In this document: piece after piece, positions 19,517 through 29,500 of the stretch | How positions within the stretch are numbered: position 1 is the first letter of the stretch | How the letters are laid out: every line of letters starts with the position of its first letter | From: Alphaproteobacteria bacterium | Lineage (GTDB): Bacteria > Pseudomonadota > Alphaproteobacteria > RF32 > CAG-239 | DNA: 64,000 bases | Assembly (NCBI GenBank): GCA_045643605.1 | Contig: JAZULC010000018.1 | Location: forward strand, 53,700-117,699 | Direction: 5' to 3' | Program-made: the position numbers and the translations under genes | Notes under the pieces: model-generated | What the model was told of the DNA's origin: nothing | Databases searched by the model: none | What the model saw: only the letters and a program-made list of their open reading frames with translations

Positions 19517-20578
19517 ATGAAAAACTTAAATGAGTTATGGGGAAAATATATGCTATCTTTTGCCTTTTTTATATCAGTATTTACATCAACAACGTGGATA
19601 ATATATTCGCTAATGTACATCAATAAATTATTAGGTGAAAATGATTTTATGAGCTTAAACTTGCAAGAGATGATGGTTTATCTCGCTTTAGTTTTATTAC
19701 CTATATTGATACTATGGTTGATTTTTGGTTATATTCAACAATATTTTTCCGTTAAATCGTTAAATAAAAAATCTTTTAAACTATTGCAACAAATGCAAAA
19801 AAATCAAGACTATGCTGATTTAATGGTGCGCATTATGATAAACGCGGAACATGAGATTAAAGATGGTTTTGTAATAAATAAATTTGATGTTTTTATTTCT
19901 GATATGAACGAAATGTTAGCAGATTTGTTAATGCGATGCAATCTGGTTTCTTCAGGGCAAATGGAAACTTTATGGAACAAAGTATTACATGGCGAAAGAT
20001 GGAGTATCGCAAAAATCCTCATTGCTACTGTTCCTGTCGGACAAAGTATTGCTGATAGAATTTTTGACTATGCAAAAAGAGATTCTATTGTTGCCGGTAC
20101 ACTTATGGAATTTTGTGCGAGATACCAAATGCTTTTTTCTATTCTTGAAAAACACGACAGCGACGGTATATTTCTAAACATAATTCAAACCGGAGTTATG
20201 GGTAAAGCTTATTCTCTGTTGGCTCCTGTTTCAGAACAAGTTCAATATGGAAAAGATAATTCGACAACAAAACCTGTTATAAATTCTGCAAAAATAGTAA
20301 ATTCTGTTCTGGATGCAGAAAAAGAACAGCCTAAAAAATCTATTTTATCTTCTTTTTCGTCAATATTTCAAAAGAAGCAAGATAAAAAATCTGATGATGA
20401 CGAAGATTATTTCTTATCGTCTTTAGATGACCATGAAGACCTTCCTAAAATGGAACCTTCTTTTGATGATGAAATTGAAAAAATGCCCATTTTTGAGCAC
20501 ATAGAACCAGATGAAGACGATAAGATAGAAACAGACCAAAACGAAAAAAATGAAGTCTCATATCCTTTTGGAGAATAA
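19517..20578 (+). CDS. Hypothetical membrane protein with an acidic C-terminal tail
   Basis: 353-aa ORF with two N-terminal hydrophobic helices and a D/E-rich tail. I recognise no family. Confidence 0.55.
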   Translation: MKNLNELWGKYMLSFAFFISVFTSTTWIIYSLMYINKLLGENDFMSLNLQEMMVYLALVLLPILILWLIFGYIQQYFSVKSLNKKSFKLLQQMQKNQDYADLMVRIMINAEHEIKDGFVINKFDVFISDMNEMLADLLMRCNLVSSGQMETLWNKVLHGERWSIAKILIATVPVGQSIADRIFDYAKRDSIVAGTLMEFCARYQMLFSILEKHDSDGIFLNIIQTGVMGKAYSLLAPVSEQVQYGKDNSTTKPVINSAKIVNSVLDAEKEQPKKSILSSFSSIFQKKQDKKSDDDEDYFLSSLDDHEDLPKMEPSFDDEIEKMPIFEHIEPDEDDKIETDQNEKNEVSYPFGE

Positions 20579-20579
20579 T

Positions 20580-22397
20580 ATGAAATTTTATTTTTTATTT
20601 TTATCTTTTTTGTTTTATGCTTCTGTAGGATTGTGCAAAGTTGAGATATCACAAAATATAGCTTTATACGGACAAGCAAAATACTCAAAAAATTTTTCAC
20701 ATTTTGAATATACCAACTTACACGCTCCAAAAGGTGGAAAAATAGTTTTTCCGGAATATGGAACTTTTGATAGTTTCAATCCTTATTTATTTAAAGGAAC
20801 CGCTGCCGCTAAAGCCGTAGAACTTACTTTAGATTCTTTAGGATTTGTACCTGATGATGATTATTCAACAGTGTATCCTTTAGTTGCAGAAAGTTTTGAA
20901 ATTTCTGATGACAATTCGTTTATCGGATTTTTTATAAATAAAAAAGCACGTTTTTTTGATGATACTCCAATAACTGCTGATGACGTTATTTTTAGTTTCA
21001 ATGCTTTAATTAAAGATGGCGCTCCAATATATAAAATGTATTATGCTGATATAGAAAAAGTTGAAAAAATCAATGATTATCATGTAAGATTTTATTTCAA
21101 ACAAGGTAGTACTAATAAAGAATTACCTTTAATTGTTTCTCAATTTAAAATTTTTTCTAAAAAAAATTTTGAAAATGAAGATTTTTCAACTCCGCCTATT
21201 ACTCCAAAATTGGGTAGCGGTCCGTATAGAATAAGTAAATTTGAACTTGGAAAATATGTTGCTTTAGAAAGAAATAAAAATTATTGGGCAAAAGATTTAC
21301 CAACGACACAAGGTTTTTATAATTTTGATGAAATCAGATTTGATTATTATCAAGATACAACCGTAACTTTGCAAGCCCTTTTTTCCGGAAATATAGATTT
21401 AAGAGAAGAATATATCGCAAAGATTTGGGTAACCGGTTATGACAATGATAAAGTAAAATCAGGAAAAGTTATTAAGGAACAAATTTATCATCAAAACCCT
21501 GCCGTATTACAAAATTTTTCTTTTAATTTACGTCGCGATAAATTTAAGGATAAAAGAGTACGAAAAGCAATAAATTTAGCCTTTAATTTTGACTGGGCAA
21601 GAGAAAAATTGTTTTACAATCAATATATGCGCATAGGCAGTTATTTTGAAAATTCTGCAATGAAAGCAACCGGCCTGCCGACAGGACGTGAATTAGAAAT
21701 TTTAGAACAATACAGGGATAAATTAGATCCGGAAATTTTTACAACAGAATTTCGTAACGTTTCAAATAAAGATGATATGCAAACGCGAGATAATTTAAAA
21801 CAAGCTGTTGAATTATTAAAACAAGCCGGCTATGATTTTGTTAATGGAAAAATGACAAATTTGCAAACCGGAGAACCTTTAGAAATAGAAGTTATAAGCA
21901 GTGCTTCTAACGGAAATATTTTTATAAGAGTGATGCTCCCTTTTATTGCAAATTTGCGCAAAATCGGTATAAAAATGACATTTCGTAATTTAGAAACAAA
22001 TATATTCAAAAATCGTTTGGATACCTTTGACTATGATATTACAATAATTTCTTTTCCTGTTACTAAAATGCCGGGAAATGAACAAAGAGAATATTGGGGT
22101 TCTCAAGCAGCAGATATTAACGGCAGTTATAATTATATCGGAATTAAAGACGAAGTTATTGATGCACTGATAGAAAAGTTAATTGCTGCAAACAAAAAGG
22201 ACGAATATATTGCTACAGCAAAGGCTTTAGACAGAGTTTTATTAAACGGATATTATATGATTTTCCATTGGTATTCATCATATAATCGTGTCGCTTATCA
22301 AAATAAATTTTGTCACCCGCACAATGATTTGCATCTTGGATATTTACCTTATATTTGGTGGGCAAAATCTGCAGAGAAAAACGGAGAATGCCAATGA
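20580..22397 (+). CDS. yejA: ABC transporter substrate-binding protein, family 5 (YejA-like)
   Basis: Signal peptide MKFYFLFLSFLFYASVG and an SBP_bac_5-like body (GSGPYRISKFELGKYVALERNKNYW). GGAGA precedes the ATG at 20580. Confidence 0.85.
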   Translation: MKFYFLFLSFLFYASVGLCKVEISQNIALYGQAKYSKNFSHFEYTNLHAPKGGKIVFPEYGTFDSFNPYLFKGTAAAKAVELTLDSLGFVPDDDYSTVYPLVAESFEISDDNSFIGFFINKKARFFDDTPITADDVIFSFNALIKDGAPIYKMYYADIEKVEKINDYHVRFYFKQGSTNKELPLIVSQFKIFSKKNFENEDFSTPPITPKLGSGPYRISKFELGKYVALERNKNYWAKDLPTTQGFYNFDEIRFDYYQDTTVTLQALFSGNIDLREEYIAKIWVTGYDNDKVKSGKVIKEQIYHQNPAVLQNFSFNLRRDKFKDKRVRKAINLAFNFDWAREKLFYNQYMRIGSYFENSAMKATGLPTGRELEILEQYRDKLDPEIFTTEFRNVSNKDDMQTRDNLKQAVELLKQAGYDFVNGKMTNLQTGEPLEIEVISSASNGNIFIRVMLPFIANLRKIGIKMTFRNLETNIFKNRLDTFDYDITIISFPVTKMPGNEQREYWGSQAADINGSYNYIGIKDEVIDALIEKLIAANKKDEYIATAKALDRVLLNGYYMIFHWYSSYNRVAYQNKFCHPHNDLHLGYLPYIWWAKSAEKNGECQ

Positions 22398-23482
22398 AAA
22401 ATTATATAATAAAACGTTTAATGTTAATACCCTTAACATTATTGGGAATATTGAGCATAAATTTCTGTATTATCCAGTTTGCACCAGGAGGTCCTGTTGA
22501 TTATATGATTTCAAAATACAGAGGAATGAATGTCGATTCAAAATCACAATTTTCTTCTACTGCAGAAATGAATATGTCTACACAAATGAATGTTACACAA
22601 AGCAAATATCAAGGGGCTCGCGGTGTGCCTGAAGAAATGATTAAAGAACTTGAAAAACAGTTTGGATTTGATAAACCGGTACATATACGATATTTTAAAA
22701 TGATAAAAGACTATGCTATGTTTGATTTTGGCAAAAGTTATTACCATGACAAAACCGTAATATCGTTAATTTTAGAAAGAATGCCGGTTTCCGTTTCTTT
22801 AGGATTGTGGTCAACCCTGATAATTTATTTAATTTCAATTCCTTTAGGAATAAAAAAAGCCGTAAAAGACGGCACTGAATTTGATGTGGCAACTTCTTTT
22901 TTAATTTTTGTAGGTTCTGCCATTCCTGTATTTTTGTTTGCTGTCTTTTTAATTGTATTTTTTGCAGGAGGAACATATTTACAATGGTTTCCGTTAAGAG
23001 GTTTATCTTCTGACAATTGGGAACAACTATCATTTTTAGGTAAAATTGCTGATTATTTTTGGCATATTACCTTGCCTGTTCTATCAATCGTAATAGGTGG
23101 TTTTGCCAGTTTGACAATGCTTACAAAAAATTCGTTTATAGAAGAAATAAACAAGCAATATGTAATTACGGCAAAAGCAAAAGGATTAAGTGAAAATAAA
23201 ATACTATACGGACATATATTCAGAAATGCTATGTTAATAGTTATTGCGGGATTTCCTACATTATTGATTAAAATGATGTTTACGGGATCATTATTGATTG
23301 AAGTAATTTTTTCATTATCCGGGCTTGGTCTGTTAGGATACGAAGCCATTATGACCAGAGATTATCCTATCATATTTGGAACATTATATATCTTTGCTCT
23401 GTTAGGATTAATTTTAAAATTAATCAGTGATTTGGTTTACTCTATCGTGGATCCTCGTATTAATTTTAATAAAATTTCATAG
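22394..23482 (+). CDS. yejB: ABC transporter permease (YejB-like, BPD_transp_1)
   Basis: MKNYIIKRLMLIPLTLLGI N-terminus typical of DppB/YejB and an EAA-like loop (ITAKAKGLSENKILYGHIFRNA). ATGA overlap with the yejA stop. Confidence 0.85.
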   Translation: MKNYIIKRLMLIPLTLLGILSINFCIIQFAPGGPVDYMISKYRGMNVDSKSQFSSTAEMNMSTQMNVTQSKYQGARGVPEEMIKELEKQFGFDKPVHIRYFKMIKDYAMFDFGKSYYHDKTVISLILERMPVSVSLGLWSTLIIYLISIPLGIKKAVKDGTEFDVATSFLIFVGSAIPVFLFAVFLIVFFAGGTYLQWFPLRGLSSDNWEQLSFLGKIADYFWHITLPVLSIVIGGFASLTMLTKNSFIEEINKQYVITAKAKGLSENKILYGHIFRNAMLIVIAGFPTLLIKMMFTGSLLIEVIFSLSGLGLLGYEAIMTRDYPIIFGTLYIFALLGLILKLISDLVYSIVDPRINFNKIS

Positions 23483-23546
23483 AATTTACATAAATTTAAT
23501 ATTTATAAAGTATAACTTTCCATATTATACGTATAAAACTGTAAAT

Positions 23547-26500
23547 ATGGGATTTCTCATGAAAAAATTTATTGCTGTAATTACGGCTTTTTCATTTCTT
23601 TTTGCACATAGGGTCTATGCCTATGGATTGGCACCTGAAGACTTCAATAAAATGTATAGTCTTGCTCACGCAGGAAAGGTCTATTCTTTAAGAGAAGCCG
23701 TGCATCGTGGTTTAAACATTGATGCTGTTAATGCTAACGGCAATACCGGATTATGCGTCGCAATTTATCGTGGAGATCAACGCGCTTATAATACTTTTAG
23801 AGCAGCAGGAGCAAATCCATACCATCGCTGTACAAATGTAATTCCTACGGAACAATATGAAAACTTTATGTCTTCTTCACGTGTTATTGGAGTAAAAGAA
23901 ACTCCTCGTTTAGCGTATAATGTCATTCATACAGGATATTTATGGAGTCCGAAATTTTGGACATTAGCTTCTTTAGGAGCTGTTGGAATCGGTGTCGCTG
24001 CATTTTCTGGTGGCGGCGGTGGTGGAAGTTCTTCTCCGGCACCTGCTCCGGAAATTTATAATAGTTTAGGTACAAAAATCGGTACAATGGAATATATTCC
24101 TGCTGAAGATTCCGAAGGATCTGCTTCTACGACTAAAAATTTAATTTTTGCAATATATTCAGGACTAAAACAAAAAGAAGGAGAGGTAGAAGAAATACCA
24201 AACGTATTATGGGTAAGTGAAGATTATGATCCAACTGCAGTTGTAAACTCTTATAAGGCTATATCAAAACCATTATCTTATGCAGATAGAATTATGGTTG
24301 CTTATAAAATGACAGACGGCCTTAGCGCTAATGCACAAACCAACGGCAATTCATTATCTAACGGGCAAGCTGCTTATGTTGTATCCGGTTGGAAAACAGT
24401 CAAAACCAAAACCGAAGAATCTTCAGAACCCGAATTTTTAACAACATATTCAACATTGAGACATACTGGTGCTATCTCAATGCAAAGCGTATCTAATGCT
24501 GTTTATGGCATTATTGCCAGTAATTTAGCTACAGCTTACAACGGAGATGAAGGATCCTCTAATGGAACAATCAGTATGAGTGTACTTCCTGAAGAATACA
24601 CTTCAAACACCGTTATCGGAATGTATGCAGACACAGGAGCAAGTATTATCAATGGAAAGCAAGGAAAAATAAAAGCTTCTTTAGATACACAATCTTCTTC
24701 AGCTTCTGGCAATGATATTGTTGCAGAAAATTCTGTTGCCGGTATGGTTGTAGGTATAATTGGACCACATTTAACAGATTTACCTGAGGGATATTCAACA
24801 GAAGAGGAACCTCGCGAAGTAATAAATATTGCTAAAAACCTTGGAACAATTAATTTTGAATTAAAAGACAGCGCTATTACCAGATGCTTAATGAACATGA
24901 TTGGTATGGGCTCGTATTTATCTACCAGTGCCAGTGCATATTATTTACAAACAGATAAAACAGAATTAACTAATAGTGGTTTAATCAGCTTGCTATACTA
25001 CTATGTTGAAGATGATGATAGTACTTTACTATTAAGTTCCGGAAGTATATTAACAAGTAACGGGTTACAAGGAACAATCGGTATGAGGGCCGATACCAAT
25101 ACCACCGCTACTAATACAAAAAGTGGTATTATATCAATAAACGGTATAAAAGACCAATCTGCCGGCATGTTAGCGGTTAATGGTGGAACTCTTATCAATG
25201 AGGGAGAAATAAAAGTTACACCTGACCCTGATGATAAAAATAAATATTTAGCTTATGGTTATGGACTTGTTTCATTACAAGGCACAAGAACCGGTGGAAG
25301 TGAAATCATAAATAACGGCACAGTAACAGTATCACAAAATGCAATTTATTCCGATACAGATGTAACAATTACTAATGGTAGCAATGGAAAGCTCACATCA
25401 ATAGGTGCGGAAGCTATACGCATTACTGATGGTGCTATTGAAACAACTATTACAAACAAAGGAACAATAGAGGCTACTGCAGCTAAACAATATGGCATTT
25501 ATTCTGAAGCAGTAGAAACAACAAATATTGACAATAGCGGAACAATTTCTTCTCTTAGAGGAAGCACTGATAATTATACGATATATTCTTCATCTGAAAA
25601 TGTTGATCTTATAAATTCCGGCACCATTATCGGCCCTGCAGGCATAAAAACTGATGGTTCTAGAACAGTAAATGTAGTAAATACCGGCACAATAGAATCA
25701 ACTTCAACCATAAGTTCAGGTGCCAATGATGGTATAGCCATAAATGGAAGCAAAAATGTAACTATTCAAAATGAAGGCACCATAACAGGCAGATGTCCAA
25801 TTTGGATTCAGGATGTACTAAATGATGGTATCACCAATATTTATAACACAGGCGAAATAAAGGTGACAGACGCATATACAGCCTTAACTGTAAACAATAA
25901 AAAAGATAATATTATCAAAGAAATTAATATTTATAATGGAGCTACGCTTATAAATGATGAATTACAAGAATGTACCGATTGTGCACCTACTATATCTGAT
26001 GGACAAACTTCCGCAATCAGCTTAGATGGTACAATTCTTGCTGCTACAATAAATAATTATGCAAAAGCAACACTATCAGGTGGAAGTGGTATAATTTCTA
26101 GCGCAAAAACAAATACCATAAACAATTCAGGAATTATTAAGAGCACTTCTGGACGGGGAATAAATTTAACATCATCTGCCGAAGATTCTTATGCAGAAAT
26201 CACAAACAATGGTGGTGCCACAATCTCCAGTAGCGGAAGTAGTATCTATTCTAGCGCTAAGACAACTGATATTAAAAATTTAGGGACTATTAAGAGTACT
26301 AATGATAATGGAATTTATTTGTATTCTTATCCCAGTTCACCTATTAGTTTTACTATTATAAATGGTGATGACGGCAAATATGCCGAAGTATCTGGTTTAG
26401 CCAATGGTATTTATTCTGTAGCGATATCAAATACTATTAGAAATTATGGTAAAATTACAGGTACTAATGGTACTAATAGTACAGGTATTAGTTTAGGCAA

Positions 26501-29500
26501 TTCCATTACAGGTTCTACTGTAGAAATTATAAACTATGCCAATGCCACAATCTCCGGTGGTAAAAATGGTATTTATTCTTATACTATAACAAATACTATT
26601 GAAAATTCAGGAATTATTACTGGTTCTAATAGCTCTGGAATATATGTAGAGACATCTAAAGAAGGTTCTGATGCAACTATTACCAATAATACCGGTGCCA
26701 CAGTCTCCGGTGGTGATTATGGTATTAAATCTAATGCAATCACCAATACTATTAAAAATTCAGGAGCTGTTACTGGTTCTAATAGCTCTGGAATAAATTT
26801 AACATCATATGTAAACACAGCAACTATTGAAAATTATGACGGCGCTACAATTTTCAGCGGAACTAAAGGTATTGATTCTAGCGCAGTAACAACTACTATA
26901 TATAATTATGGGACCATTACCGGAGATGATGAAATTGGAATCAATTTAACATCAAAGGTTTCCAAAGCAGAAATCAACAACGGCGATAAGGATAATCATA
27001 ACGCCACAATCTCAGGTTTAAGTTATGGTATTTCTTCTAGCGCAATCACAAATACTATTACAAATTTTGGAACTATTGAAGGAACGGGAACTAGCGCCCA
27101 TGGAATACAGTTAATGTCATCTGTTGCAGATTCTAACGCAACAATCACGAATAATACCGGTGCCACAATCTCCGGTGGTGATTATGGTATTTCTTCTAAC
27201 GCATTCATAAATACTATTAAAAATTTTGGAACAATTAAGAGTACTTCAGTAGGTGCTGGTAGTAGTGGTCAATTATCTGGAATATATTTAAAATCGTCTG
27301 TTGCAGGTTCTGCAGAAAACATAAATACTATTACAAATAATATCAATGCTATAATCTTTGGTAGTAAATATGGTATTTATTATGATGCAAAAATAAAAGC
27401 ACTAATAAATAATTACGGAAATATTGGAAAATATAATTATGCAAATATTTCTTATGAAAACGGAATACATTTAACATCAAATGTTTCTGAAGCAACTGTC
27501 AATAATGGCGATGAAAATAATCATAATGCCACAATCTCCGGTGGAACTTATGGTATTTATTCTCAAGCAGAAAATACCACTATAGATAATTACGGAACTA
27601 TTAATGGCGATAATGACGGAATACATTTAATATCATCTGCTGAAGATTCCAGCGCAACTATTACAAATTCAGGAACAATTTCCGGTAATGATGATGGTAT
27701 TTATTCTAACGCACTCAAAAATACTATTACTAATTCAGGAACAATTGAAGGCTATTATAATAATGGAATACATTTAACATCATCTGAACAAGGTTCCAAA
27801 GCAGAAATTACAAACAATGCCGGCGCCACAATCTCCGGTGGGACTTATGGTATTTATTCGCGAGCAGAAAATACTACTGTAGATAATTATGGTATTATTA
27901 CCGGTGATAATAATGGAATTTTATTATCTTCCGATAATCCAGCAACTGTTACAAATTATTACGGAGGCAAAATCTCTGGTGAAAACGGCATTGCTTTTTC
28001 TACAGATACTGCTTTAGCATATAACTATGGAACTATTTCTGCCACTAACAACGGTATTACTTCTCAATCATATGATACCACTATAAATAATTACGGAACC
28101 ATTGAAAGTGATACCATTGGTATAAATTTAGACGAGGGAATTGATGCAACCATCAATAATGGTGATGAAGATTATGCCGATGCTACAATCTCCGGTGATT
28201 ATGGTATTGTTTCTGGAGCAATTACAAATACTATTGAAAATTATGGAACTATTACAGGTTCTGGCGAAGACGGAATACATTTAATATCATCTGCTGAAGA
28301 TTCCAGCGCAACTATTACAAATTCAGGAACAATTTCCGGTAATGATGATGGTATAGAATTAGAAGAGATAACTACTGCAACTATCACAAATAATACCAAT
28401 GCTACAATCTCCGGCGATTATGGTATATATTCTAAAATAGTAACAAACGAACTCTCTGTGAATAATTATGGAAATGTTACCGGAGGTATTGAAGGAATAT
28501 ATTTATTATCTTCTGTAAATAATGCAAACATTACAAACTATGCCGGTGCGACAATTTTGGGTGATAATTACGGTATTGATTCTAATGCAAAATATATCGC
28601 TGTAAATAATTTCGGAAATATTGAGCATAAGGACATTAGTGATAATGTTGTTAACAATTATGGAATATATTTAACATCAGATACAAATGCTGCAACCATT
28701 AACAATGGCAATGAATATAATCATACCGCCACAATTTCCGGTAAAGATTATGCTATTTATTCTCGCGCTGCAAATACTACTGTAAATAATTACGGGATTA
28801 TTAATGGTGAAATTAACATAGGTATGGGACAAGTTACTAATGAAGCCTCAGGCGTTATTACTATTAGTAAAAGTGGGTCCTATGGCATATACGTAACAGA
28901 TGGAAAATCAATATTAAATAAAGCCGAAGCAACCAATAAAGGTACAATTAATGTTAATGGTGACAATTCCTATGGAATGTACGCCGGAGGTTATTCTCAA
29001 GCAACCAATAAAGGTACAATTAATGTTAATGGTGACAATTCCTATGGAATGTATGCAGACAAAGCATTTGCAACAATATATAATCATGGCTCTATTTATG
29101 TTACCGGTAATAATTCTTATGGCATGTCTGTATCGGGTTCTGCTGTAGCAACTAATTACGGAACAATATATTACTCCCCAGGTAGCTATTGTAAAAATGG
29201 ATCTGTTAGTAGTATGGGTGGAAGTTGTGTAGAATATACTCCTTCTGCTGCTGCACCAAGATTGTTGACATTAAATATGATGTCTTTAGCCGCTCCAATG
29301 ACAGAAGACTCTTTAGCTTCTGAACAGGAATCTGAATCTTCCGACAATCCTATGCCAAAGGCGAAAAGTTATGCTCTAATGGTTGACAATAGCGGTATAT
29401 TGCAAAACAATGGATCAGTATATTTAGGTACAAATCCTGATGATGCGTCATATATAGGTTCAAATGCAAAGATAATTAATAATGGTTTGATGGCCGCTGA

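Noticed and set aside
23427-23546. 5' extension of the autotransporter ORF; similar extensions occur at 9693, 15655, 20550 and 22355
   Set aside because: The extensions begin at GTG/TTG or ATG codons inside the upstream gene and precede obvious signal peptides or conserved N-termini. Downstream ATGs with GGAGA-type RBSs or stop/start overlaps fit better.
24000-29200. Periodic repeats that might suggest a CRISPR array or non-coding tandem repeats
   Set aside because: The repeats are in frame within one continuous 7.3-kb ORF, are degenerate at DNA level and lack a repeat-spacer organisation. They are protein-coding passenger-domain repeats.
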